A stretch of 63,135 bases of DNA, the filler included, from Sandaracinaceae bacterium (GTDB taxonomy: Bacteria > Myxococcota_A > Polyangia > Polyangiales > JADJQN01), in NCBI GenBank assembly GCA_947483975.1. It is 3 parts of 3 records of this genome, joined end to end, with 100 filler letters (N's around TTAATTAATTAA, not from the genome) between each part and the next. Parts side by side here need not be neighbours in the genome. Positions count along the whole stretch, not along the records: positions 1 to 21,049 come from CANKOL010000047.1; 2 more parts are not named here. The stretch is one strand, 5' to 3'. Below are positions 9,836 through 18,420 of this stretch, piece after piece. The position numbers and the translations under genes are program-made. Below the pieces are notes generated by a model that searched no databases, was not told the origin of the DNA, and was given only the letters and a program-made list of their open reading frames with translations. Numbering within the stretch: the first letter of the stretch is position 1; every line of letters starts with the position of its first letter.

Positions 9836-10615
9836 ATGGCGAGATTGACGATTGGTCAGAAGGCGACCCGCGTGCTCGAGTTCTTGATGGGCCTGCGCAA
9901 CCGGCGGGCCGCGTGGCGGCTCGCCGCGCACGGCATGATGCCAGCCGACGTGGATCGCGGTTGGCAGCTCCTGCGCGAGCTGACGCGCGGTCGGCTCGAC
10001 CTCAGCGCCCTGCCCACGGAGCCGGATCCGAAGCTGTTGCTCGTGCTCGACGCCTGGGAGAACCAGTGGTTCCCCATCGTGGGGGCGTCGCTCCGGACGC
10101 GGTTTCCTGCCGTGTACGCGTTCGTCTTCAACAACCTCACGCAGACCGACGGTGCGGAGGTGATCCTCTCGGTCGGCACGCTGCTCGAGCGGATCGACGC
10201 GCTCGGCACGCTCGCGCAGGGTGCGGAGGCACGCGCGTTGCTCGTGCAGCGCGGGCTCACCGAGCCGGTGCTCGCGGACGCGAGGAGGCTGCTCGCGGAC
10301 CTCGGCACCTTCGACGGGTCCTTCGACCCCACGCGCAGCGTCAGCGAGGCTGACGAGCTCGCGCGCGAGACCGCGCTCTGGGACTGGTATCTCGAGTGGA
10401 GCACGATCGCTCGCGCCGTCGTCGATGACCGCACGGCGCTGCGCGCGCTCGGCTTCTTGAGCGGGCGCCCAGGTGGCGAGCTCGACGACGGGACGGGCGT
10501 GAACCCCGATGCGCCGGTCGTCGCGGCGCCCGCGCCGACGAACGGCGGCAGCGTCGTCACGCCGCGCGTCGCGCCTGGGATGCCTGGCTCGGATCCCTTC
10601 GACACGCGCGCGTGA
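9836..10615 (+). CDS. Hypothetical alpha-helical protein (259 aa), coupled to the ATPase gene
   Basis: Strong GGAGGAG RBS before ATG 9836; Trp-rich motifs (LDAWENQWFP, LWDWYLEWSTIAR); GTGA overlap with the next gene. Confidence 0.85.
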   Translation: MARLTIGQKATRVLEFLMGLRNRRAAWRLAAHGMMPADVDRGWQLLRELTRGRLDLSALPTEPDPKLLLVLDAWENQWFPIVGASLRTRFPAVYAFVFNNLTQTDGAEVILSVGTLLERIDALGTLAQGAEARALLVQRGLTEPVLADARRLLADLGTFDGSFDPTRSVSEADELARETALWDWYLEWSTIARAVVDDRTALRALGFLSGRPGGELDDGTGVNPDAPVVAAPAPTNGGSVVTPRVAPGMPGSDPFDTRA

Positions 10616-12024
10616 CCGTCGAGCTGCACATGGGCCAGGCGCGGCCCGTCGAGAGCACCGCGCGGCCGACGCCGTATGCCCTGCCTGCCCACCACCTCGT
10701 GACGCACGCGGTGGTGGTGGGCATGACGGGCAGCGGCAAGACCGGGCTGATCACGGTGATGGTCGAGGAGGCGCTGCGCGCAGAGGTGCCCGTCCTGGTC
10801 ATCGACGTGAAGGGCGATCTGCCGAACCTGCTGCTCGCGTTCCCGTCGTTCGACCCCGCGCTCGTGCGGCCGTGGGCCGAGGCGTCTCGGTCGGCGAGCG
10901 AGACGCGCACCCTCGACGAGGTCACTGCAGCGCTCGCGGAGGAGCGCATGGCGAGCCTGCTCGGCTGGGGCATCGACGAGCCCGCCCTGCGCGCGTTTCA
11001 CGACAAGACCGACGTGCGAGTGATCACGCCGGGCTCGACGGCGGGGGAGTCGCTGCATCTGCTCTCGTCGCTCGAGCGCCGGTCGGCGCGGTGGGACACG
11101 GACCTCGAGACCGCGCGCGCGACGCTGAGCGCGGCCATCTCGCTGGTGCTGCGCCTGCTCGGGCGCGACCCCGATCCGGCCAAGAGCCGCGAGCACGTGC
11201 TCTTGAGCGTGCTCGCCGAGCGGCGCCTGCTCGCCGGGGAGTCTGCGGAGCTGGGCGCGCTGCTGCGCGACGTGCTCGAGCCGCCCGTCGAGGAGATCGG
11301 CGCGCTGTCGATCGACGAGTTCCTGTCCAAGAGCGACCGGCGCGCGCTCGCGGCGGGGCTGAACACGCTGCTCGCGTCGCCGACGTTCGCGGGCTGGCGG
11401 CAGGGCGCGACGCTCGACGTCGGCGAGTGGATGACGCCGAAGGACGGGCGCACGCCGGTCGTCGTCTTGAGCGTCGCGCACCTCGACGACGACGAGCGCG
11501 CGCTGGTGCTCGGCGTGGTGATGGAGGAGGTGCTGTCGTGGGTGCGCACGCTCCCCGGGAGCCAGCGCCTGCGGGGGCTCGTGGTGTTCGACGAGGTGTA
11601 CGGCTTCATCCCGCCGCACCCCGCGAACCCGCCGACCAAGCGGCCCATCGTGGCGCTGATGAAGCAGGCGCGCGCGTTCGGCGTGGGCGTGGTCGTCGCG
11701 ACGCAGAACCCGATGGACCTCGACTACAGGGCGCTCGGCAACGCGGGCGTCTGGTGCGTGGGGCGCCTGCAGACTGACGCCGACCGCGCGCGCGTCGTCG
11801 ACGGGCTCGCCGTGGACGGGGACCGCGCGAGCGCGCAGCAGCTCGGCAAGCTGGTGCAGCGCATCGCGCCGCGGTGGTTCGTGCTGCGCGACGTGCACGC
11901 GGGCGACGCGGTGCTGATGCAGCCGCGCTATGCGATGTCGCTGCTCAGGGGGCCGATGACGCGCAGCGAGCTGGTGGCGGCGCGGGCGGCGCATCACGAC
12001 GAGCCTGCCGAGCCCCGCGTGTAG
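10612..12024 (+). CDS. HerA/FtsK-superfamily (DUF87/DUF853-like) P-loop ATPase
   Basis: HAVVVGMTGSGKT (Walker A), IDVKGD, VVFDEVYG (Walker B), KQARAFG, ATQNPMDLDY. Confidence 0.88.
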   Translation: MTVELHMGQARPVESTARPTPYALPAHHLVTHAVVVGMTGSGKTGLITVMVEEALRAEVPVLVIDVKGDLPNLLLAFPSFDPALVRPWAEASRSASETRTLDEVTAALAEERMASLLGWGIDEPALRAFHDKTDVRVITPGSTAGESLHLLSSLERRSARWDTDLETARATLSAAISLVLRLLGRDPDPAKSREHVLLSVLAERRLLAGESAELGALLRDVLEPPVEEIGALSIDEFLSKSDRRALAAGLNTLLASPTFAGWRQGATLDVGEWMTPKDGRTPVVVLSVAHLDDDERALVLGVVMEEVLSWVRTLPGSQRLRGLVVFDEVYGFIPPHPANPPTKRPIVALMKQARAFGVGVVVATQNPMDLDYRALGNAGVWCVGRLQTDADRARVVDGLAVDGDRASAQQLGKLVQRIAPRWFVLRDVHAGDAVLMQPRYAMSLLRGPMTRSELVAARAAHHDEPAEPRV

Positions 12025-12137
12025 CGCGAGCGCGGCACGCTCGTCGCGGCGGCTCGGCTGAAGGAGCGGAGCGCCAACGCCCACGCGTGACCGGGCGCGC
12101 GGTTGAATCCCGGCAGGACTGCGGACAGGATCTGACC

Positions 12138-12368
12138 ATGAGCACCGACCGTATCGAGACGAACCCCGCCACGCTCGGCGGCAAGCCGGTCATCCGTGGC
12201 ACGCGCATCTCGGTCGAGCTCGTGCTTCGCAAGCTCGCCGACGGTGCGACCGAAGCCGAGTTACTCGACGGCTACCCGCGCCTGACGCGCGAAGATATCC
12301 GCGCCGCGCTCGCCTACGCGGCCGACACCGTCGCGCAGGAGGTCTTCCTCAACGCGAAAAGCGCGTGA
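12138..12368 (+). CDS. DUF433-family antitoxin
   Basis: GGKPVIRGTRISVELVL...YPRLTREDIRAALAYA; AGGA RBS. Confidence 0.9.
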   Translation: MSTDRIETNPATLGGKPVIRGTRISVELVLRKLADGATEAELLDGYPRLTREDIRAALAYAADTVAQEVFLNAKSA

Positions 12369-12735
12369 CTGCGGCAGCGCTCCGCTTCCTCGCCGACGAG
12401 AACTGCGACTTCGCGGTCGTTCGCGCCCTCCGAGCGGCCGGGTTCGACGTGCTCGCCGTCGCGGAGCACGGATGCGGCACCGACGATCGCGAGCTCCTGG
12501 CGCGCGCTTCGCGCGAGCGGCGGATCGTGCTCACCGAGGACAAGGACTTCGGGTGGCTGGTGTTCGTCAGCGAGGACGACTCCTCGGGAGTCATCCTCAT
12601 CCGCTTTCCGGCCGGCGCTCGCGCAGCGTTGGTCCCGCCGTGTGCGACCTCGTGCATGATCATGCTGACGCGCTCCCTGGCGCCTTTGCCTCGGTCGAGC
12701 CGGGCCGCGTGCGCCTCACGCGACGGCCAATTTAG
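12365..12735 (+). pseudogene. DUF5615 PIN-like toxin, frameshifted near 12635
   Basis: FLADEN, DDRELL, VLTEDKDFG, GVILIR in one frame; the expected C-terminus (GAFASVEPGRVRL*) is in another frame ending at TAG 12735. Confidence 0.8.
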
Positions 12736-12804
12736 GGGGAACGTTTCGGTCTCTCCTCGCGCCGCGCGGAGGGTGGTGACGGCGAGCGGGCGGAGCAGAA
12801 GGCG

Positions 12805-12885
12805 TATCTGCTGCAGCCGCGCTGGGCGATGTCCTACCTGCGCGGACCGATGACGCGGAGCGAGATCAAGCGGGCTGTGGCGGCG
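12805..12885 (+). pseudogene. Relic second copy of the 3' end of the HerA-like ATPase gene
   Basis: Encodes YLLQPRWAMSYLRGPMTRSEI versus VLMQPRYAMSLLRGPMTRSEL in the intact gene; 46/60 nt identical (12808-12867 vs 11914-11973). Confidence 0.8.
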
Positions 12886-12962
12886 GTGGGTACGCAGCCA
12901 GTTGCGCACGTGCCTACTCAACCAGCAGCTGTCGCGTTATCTTCAGAGTTCGGAGATGCCCC

Positions 12963-13157
12963 ATGACCACGGCCGACCACATCTACGACGAGGTCAAGAC
13001 GCTGCCGGAGTCGCTCGCTCAAGAGGTGCTGGACTTCATCGAGTTCCTCAAGACGCGCAGCGAGCGCTCGCGGGCGACTGACCTGATGCGCGCGCAGGAA
13101 GCGTGTTTGGCGGCGGTCTGGGACAACCCCGAGGACGACGTGTGGAACGATGCTTGA
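12963..13157 (+). CDS. DUF2281-family antitoxin
   Basis: LPESLAQEVLDFIEFL and WDNPEDDVWN; overlaps the toxin start. Confidence 0.85.
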   Translation: MTTADHIYDEVKTLPESLAQEVLDFIEFLKTRSERSRATDLMRAQEACLAAVWDNPEDDVWNDA

Positions 13158-13485
13158 GCCCGGCGTGATCGCCCTGATCCCGTTTCCGTTCTCGGATCTG
13201 TCAGCTGGCAAGCGGCGCCCGGTGCTGCTCCTCAGCCGCCCGGATGAGGTCGGAGACGTGATCTGTTTGGCGATCACGTCCAAGGGCTATCATGCGCACT
13301 CGGTGCCGGTCGATGCCGAGGCCCTTGCCTGGGGCGCGCTGCCGGTGAAGAGCTGGATCCGCACGGACAAGGTGTACACGCTGGCATCGTCGCTCGTCGT
13401 GCGCCGGGTGGCCGATGTTCGCGCCGAAGTCCTGGCGCGATCGTTGGACGGGCTTTGCGCGGTGTTGCAGCCGTCCGGACGCTGA
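13150..13485 (+). CDS. PemK/MazF-family toxin
   Basis: IPFPFSDLSAGKRRPVLLLS, CLAITSK, SWIRTDKVYTL. Confidence 0.9.
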   Translation: MLEPGVIALIPFPFSDLSAGKRRPVLLLSRPDEVGDVICLAITSKGYHAHSVPVDAEALAWGALPVKSWIRTDKVYTLASSLVVRRVADVRAEVLARSLDGLCAVLQPSGR

Positions 13486-13636
13486 AAACCCATCCACGAA
13501 CTCGATGGCCCCCGCGCCTGACGCGCGATTTCGCCCCGGCCCAGCCCGAACGCGTGGACCGCGCCCGAACTAGGCGGGGCGCATGGCGGTAGCGCGCGAT
13601 AGCCATGGGGCGGCGCACCGCCGTGGGCGCAGAAGT

Positions 13637-13966
13637 GGTGGGGCGGGCCGCCGTGCCCGCCCGGCCTTGGTGGGGCGGGCCTCCGTGCCCGCCCCGGTGC
13701 AGCGCCAAAACGCCATCGCGGCGGGCGCACATAAGAGTGGTGGGGCGGGCCTCCGTGCCCGCCCTGGTGCAGCGCCAAAACACCATCGCGGTGGGCGCAA
13801 GAGCGGTGGGGCGGGCCTCCGTGCCCGCCCCGGCGCAGCGCCAAAACGCCATCGAGGCGGGCGCACATAAGAGTGGTGGGGCGGGCCTCCGTGCCCGCCC
13901 TGGCGCAGCGGCAGGGCGCGATAACGGCGGGCGCGATAGTGGTGGGGCGGGCCTCCGTGCCCGCCC
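13637..13966 (+). repeat. Left REP array (6 copies of GGTGGGGCGGGCCTCCGTGCCCGCCC)
   Basis: Copies at 13637, 13669, 13739, 13805, 13875, 13941; GTGG tetranucleotide followed by the hairpin GGCGGGC-N6-GCCCGCC. Confidence 0.92.
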
Positions 13967-13992
13967 TTCCCACACCTGGAAAGACATCAAGC

Positions 13993-14442
13993 GTGGCCAC
14001 CTTCTACCGACGCAGGCTTCCCCATTGGCGCATGAGCGGAGCCACCTACTTCGTGACCTGGCGGCTCCACCCCGGCCAAGCCGATCTCACGCCCGACGAG
14101 AGGACGGTGGTCTTCAGGGCGATCGAGCACTTCAACGGCGATCGCTACGACCTGAGCGCGTACGTCGTCATGAACGACCACGTCCACGTTCTCTTCACGC
14201 CCACCGGTTCGCACCGAGTCGAAGACCTGGTCCGTGCGTGGAAATCGTTCACCGCGAACCTCCTACAGCGAACGACGGGGCGCGGCGGGCGCGTCTGGCA
14301 GGACGAGTACTTCGATCGCGTCATCCGCGACGAAGACGAGCTCTTCGACAAGGCGAAGTACATCGTCGACAACCCGTGGAAGCGCTGGCCAGACATCGCC
14401 GACTACGCATGGGTTGGCTTCAGAGGCTCGGCGGAAGTGTGA
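13993..14442 (+). mobile_element. REP-associated tyrosine transposase (RAYT/TnpA-REP, Y1 HUH)
   Basis: RRRLPHW, YFVTWRL, YVVMNDHVH (HUH), VWQDEYFDRVIRD, YIVDNP (catalytic Tyr); REP arrays on both sides. Confidence 0.92.
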
Positions 14443-14450
14443 AGTCGGCC

Positions 14451-14860
14451 GGGCGGGCGCGGAGGCCCGCCCCACCAGGCAATACACGCCGGGCGGGCGC
14501 GGAGGCCCGCCCCACCAAGGCCGGCGCGCTGTGACCTTGGGCGGGCGCGGAGGCCCGCCCCACCAGGCAATATACGCAGGGCGGGCGCGGAGGCCCGCCC
14601 CACCAGGCAATACACGCAGGGCGGGCGCGGAGGCCCGCCCCACCAGGCAATATACGCAGGGCGGGCGCGGAGGCCCGCCCCACCATAGAGAGCACCACCC
14701 CACCAGGCAATATACGCAGGGCGGGCGCGGAGGCCCGCCCCGCCATGGAGAGCGCCACCCCACCAAGGCCGGCGCGCTGTGATCTTGGGCGGGCGCGGAG
14801 GCCCGCCCCACCAGGGAGACTACCGCCCCACCAGGGAGACTACCGCCGCACCAGGGAGAC
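14451..14860 (-). repeat. Right REP array (8 copies, inverted) plus a 20-bp degenerate tail repeat
   Basis: GGGCGGGCGCGGAGGCCCGCCCCACC at 14451, 14491, 14539, 14579, 14619, 14659, 14719 (variant) and 14787; CACCAGGGAGAC x3 up to 14860. Confidence 0.92.
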
Positions 14861-14967
14861 CTCGCTGGCCAGCTGACGTGGCGCGGCGATCCACTCGCCG
14901 AGCAGAAGAGAATCCGGGATGAGTGGAGCTAGGCTCCTCTTGGACACCAACGGGGTCGTGGCGTCCT

Positions 14968-15804
14968 TCAGCTGTGCGAGGAGTGGCGCTGCGCGAGCAC
15001 GGCCATGTACTCGTCGACGATCATCTCGTGAGCGGCGGCGAGCTTTCTGAGCGACTCGATGTGCGGCACGGTCTCGCCGGACTCGATGCGCCGCACCTCA
15101 CGCTCGCTGAGCCCGGAGACCTCCGTCTGCTTGATGCCTCGCTCGACACGAAGGGCTCGAATCGCGCTCGCATAGCGCGATGCCTCCCGCCGCGCCTTGG
15201 ACTCGTGCGCGGCCTTCACGGCGGGGTCTGCGTGCTCGCGAACGGTGTCGAGGTTGAGGTCGATGTCGGCCTCGGGCCATCGGATCCTGCTTCCGCTCGC
15301 GCTCACCTCGAAGCGAAGAAGTGCGTCGGCATCCAGGTCCGCGAGCGCGTGAAGCTCCGCGACCGGCACGACGTAGCGGATCGGCTCGCAGCTCCACACG
15401 ACGAGCTTGTCGTCCTCGATGGCGGCGGACGCGATGAGCGCCTTCTCTGCGTGGTTGCGACGCGCAAGGATCAGGCGGCGGATGGCATCCAGGTTCGGTG
15501 CGACGTAGGGCACGTCACGCGTCTGCTGTGAAAGGCGGCCAAATGCCTGTAGAGCGACGACGGCGATGGCGGCCACGCCGATCGAGAACAGAACGACGAG
15601 GCGCTCTTCCTTCGGCACCTGGCGAAGAAGCTCGTCGAGCGCCGCGCGCCCGCTGGCGGTGTTGAGGCTGTCGAGCGGGCTCACGACGAGCCGAGACGTG
15701 CTTCCGGCCGAAGGCCGAGAATGGAACCGGGCCGAGGGAAGCGGCCCGAGCGCGCGCTTCACCCGCGACATGGAGTCCTGCGGAACGAGAATCTCGACGG
15801 TCAT
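14968..15804 (-). CDS. DUF2442 plus XRE-HTH antitoxin-like protein with an N-terminal extension
   Basis: FEVSASGSRIRWPEADIDL (DUF2442-like), IRALRVERGIKQTEV...VRRIESG (HTH); downstream of a DUF4160 gene. Confidence 0.75.
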   Translation of the reverse strand: MTVEILVPQDSMSRVKRALGPLPSARFHSRPSAGSTSRLVVSPLDSLNTASGRAALDELLRQVPKEERLVVLFSIGVAAIAVVALQAFGRLSQQTRDVPYVAPNLDAIRRLILARRNHAEKALIASAAIEDDKLVVWSCEPIRYVVPVAELHALADLDADALLRFEVSASGSRIRWPEADIDLNLDTVREHADPAVKAAHESKARREASRYASAIRALRVERGIKQTEVSGLSEREVRRIESGETVPHIESLRKLAAAHEMIVDEYMAVLAQRHSSHS

Positions 15805-15808
15805 CGTG

Positions 15809-16096
15809 TCACCTCGCTGCTCCCGGAGCCTTCACGCTAACCTTCGCTTCCCACTCGGTGAGGAGGGCTTCGCGGTTGGCCTCGACCGCCCGCGCCAGCG
15901 CCTTCAGGTCGCTCTTGTTGGGTCGCCCTGTGGCCATGCTCCAGCTCGGCTCGAACATCTCCGCGGCGGCCCGGAGGAAGTAGACTCGGACCTCCCAGTC
16001 GCCCGGCTTCTCCGCGTGGAAGTGAGGCGGCAGGTGATCGTCCGAGTTGAACCAGAGGTCGAGTCCATGGCGGGCGAGGGACACGACCTTCGGCAC
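15809..16096 (-). CDS. DUF4160-family toxin-like protein
   Basis: FNSDDHLPPHFHAE motif and NREALLTEWE C-terminus. Confidence 0.85.
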   Translation of the reverse strand: MPKVVSLARHGLDLWFNSDDHLPPHFHAEKPGDWEVRVYFLRAAAEMFEPSWSMATGRPNKSDLKALARAVEANREALLTEWEAKVSVKAPGAAR

Positions 16097-16102
16097 ACGA
16101 GC

Positions 16103-16150
16103 ACCCTAGTGCACCGGACACATTTGTCAACGAGCAACGCAGTGTCCGGT
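16103..16150 (-). promoter_or_regulatory. Putative promoter/operator of the DUF4160-DUF2442 pair
   Basis: TTGACA-16 nt-TAGGGT, 6 nt before the GTG; perfect inverted repeat ACCGGACAC (16113-16121) / GTGTCCGGT (16142-16150) flanking the -35. Confidence 0.6.
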
Positions 16151-16197
16151 TACCCGCCGGAGTTCGTTGCCGCCAGTCGGCGTCCGGCCCCGACGAC

Positions 16198-18420
16198 CTA
16201 GCTGGCGTTCGGGCGCGGAGGCGCTTCGCCCGGGGCGTTCTCTGGCGTGCCGTAGTAGCCGTCGCGGTTGTAGTAGGTGTAGTAGCCGCTGCGGCCGTAG
16301 CCGTACTCCTTTTGGGAGACGTCGACGTCGTTGACGACGACGCCGCGGACCACGGCGCTGACGTCCTTCAGCTGCCGGAGGGTCGAGGTCAGCGAGTCGC
16401 GCGTGGTGCTCTCGGCCTTGATGACCACGACGACGCCGTCGAGCTGCGGGCCGAGGACGGCGGCGTCGATGACCGCGCCGAGGGGAGGGCTGTCGAAGAG
16501 CACGCGGTCGTACTTGGAGAGCATGTCCCGCAGCATCTCGCTGAAGTGCACGCTGTGGAGCAGCTCCGCCGGGTTCGGCGGGATCGGACCGCACGGGAGC
16601 ACGAAGAGGTTGGGCACTTCGGTCTGGATGACGACGTCCGCGAGCGTCTTCTCGCCGACGAGGATCGAGGTCACGCCCTCGCCGAGCGCTCGACCAAAGA
16701 CCCGATGGAGGCGCGGGCGCCGGAGGTCGGAGTCCACGATCAGGACGGTCTTGCCCGTCTGCGCGAGGGCGACCGCGAGGCTCACGCAGACGGTGCTCTT
16801 GCCTTCGCCGGGGTTGCCGCTCGTCACGACCAAGCTCCGGATCGGGGCGGTCGCCGACATGAAGGCGAGGTTGGTGCGGACCGTCCGGACGCACTCGGCC
16901 GCGGCCGAGCGCGGCTCGCGCGCGACGACGAGGTCGCGGGTGAAGTCGGGCTCAGCGCTCGCACCTGCGGCCGCCCGCGTCGGGGCGTCGATGCGGGGGA
17001 CGATGCCGAGGACGGTCGCGCCGAGGCGCTCGACCTGCTCGGCGCTGCGCAGGCGCCGGTCGAGGCGCGCGAGGCCGAACGCGAGCAGGACGCCGAGGGC
17101 GATGCCGGCGCCGGCCCCCGCGGAGGCGTTCGTCGAGAAGCGCGGGCTGACCGGGTCGACGGGGACGAGGGCGCGGTCGACGAGCCGGACGTGCGTCACG
17201 CGCAGCATCCGGGTGAGGTCGGTCTCGGCGGTGCGCTCGAGCAGGAGGTTGTAGACCTTGGCCTTGCTCTCTCTCGCGCGGCTCAGCCGCCCGTAGTCGA
17301 TCTCCCGGAGGTTGAGCTCGAGCCCGGCGCGGTTCGCCTCGGCGAGCGCGCCCCGCAGGCCGGACTCGACCTGGTTGGCCTCGCGCAGGTCGCTCTCGGC
17401 GCTCTCCATCATCGACCGCGTCTCGGCGCGGACCTGGTCGGCGAGGGAGCCGATCTCGGCGGTGAGCCCGATCATCCGCGGGTGCCCGTCGCCGTAGCGG
17501 ACCGCGATGGAGTCGCGCTCGGACATCTTCGTGCGGAGCTGCTCGCGCAGGCCGGCGATGGTGGAGTTCGCGGCGATCGCGCTCGAGGTCGGGGTGAGCG
17601 CGTCCGCCTCGACGGCGACGCGGAGCTGCCGGGCGCGCGCGGCGAGCTCGATGCGCTTGATGCGCGTCTCGGTCAGCGCCTTGTTCAGCGACTCCATGTC
17701 GGCGGCGACGAGGTTCTGTCGGTCCTCCATCGAGACGGAGAGGACGTTGTTCTGCTCCTTGAACTCGTGGAGCGCGAGCTCGGAGCCCTCGAGCTGCTGC
17801 TGGAGGGTGTCGAGCTGCGTGCTCAGCCACTCGAGGGCGGAGACCGTCGCGCTCATGCGATCTTCGAGCGTCTTGTCGATGTACGAGTCGGCGATGGCGT
17901 CGGCGAGCAGGCGCGCGCGGGCGGGCGAGACGTCCTTGACCGTGAGGTTGACGATCCGCGTGTCCTTGACCGGCTCGACCGACAGCATGTCCTGGAGGCG
18001 CTCGGCGGCCGCGACGGGCTCGACGCCATGCCAGGCCGCGCGCTCGCGGAGCGGGATGTCCATGAACGAGGGGTCGCGGTGCAGGCCGAGGCGCCGGACG
18101 ACGCGCTCGGAGATGGTGCGGCTCGCGATGATGCGGTTCTGCGTCTCGAAGAACTCGTGGGACATCAGGTAGCCGGCGACCGGGCTGCCGACGTCCTCGA
18201 CCGTGTGCCCGAGCGGCTGCGTCGGGTTCGGGTCGTACTCGATGGTCGTCGTGGCTTCGTAGATCTTGGGCTGCTTGAGGGTCCAGAAGACGACGCCGAG
18301 ACCGACCGCGAGCGCGACGCCGAGCACCACCCACTTGTGAATGACGATCGGCCGCGAGAATTCGCGGAGGTCAAAGGTGCGCTCGGGCTCGCTGCCCGGC
18401 TGTTCGTTCGGCTCGTTCAT
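16198..18420 (-). CDS. wzc: Polysaccharide co-polymerase / BY tyrosine autokinase
   Basis: Two TM segments flanking a coiled coil; TSGNPGEGKST, IVDSDLRRP, FDSPP; C-terminal Tyr cluster YGYGRSGYYTYY. Confidence 0.93.
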   Translation of the reverse strand: MNEPNEQPGSEPERTFDLREFSRPIVIHKWVVLGVALAVGLGVVFWTLKQPKIYEATTTIEYDPNPTQPLGHTVEDVGSPVAGYLMSHEFFETQNRIIASRTISERVVRRLGLHRDPSFMDIPLRERAAWHGVEPVAAAERLQDMLSVEPVKDTRIVNLTVKDVSPARARLLADAIADSYIDKTLEDRMSATVSALEWLSTQLDTLQQQLEGSELALHEFKEQNNVLSVSMEDRQNLVAADMESLNKALTETRIKRIELAARARQLRVAVEADALTPTSSAIAANSTIAGLREQLRTKMSERDSIAVRYGDGHPRMIGLTAEIGSLADQVRAETRSMMESAESDLREANQVESGLRGALAEANRAGLELNLREIDYGRLSRARESKAKVYNLLLERTAETDLTRMLRVTHVRLVDRALVPVDPVSPRFSTNASAGAGAGIALGVLLAFGLARLDRRLRSAEQVERLGATVLGIVPRIDAPTRAAAGASAEPDFTRDLVVAREPRSAAAECVRTVRTNLAFMSATAPIRSLVVTSGNPGEGKSTVCVSLAVALAQTGKTVLIVDSDLRRPRLHRVFGRALGEGVTSILVGEKTLADVVIQTEVPNLFVLPCGPIPPNPAELLHSVHFSEMLRDMLSKYDRVLFDSPPLGAVIDAAVLGPQLDGVVVVIKAESTTRDSLTSTLRQLKDVSAVVRGVVVNDVDVSQKEYGYGRSGYYTYYNRDGYYGTPENAPGEAPPRPNAS

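Noticed and set aside
13274..14811. Repetitive ORFs over the REP arrays
   Set aside because: These are translations of non-coding repeats; only 13993-14442 has protein motifs
13637..14860. Possible CRISPR array
   Set aside because: Spacers are short and repeated rather than unique, there are no cas genes, and the repeats have the GTGG plus hairpin form and flank a RAYT, so they are REPs
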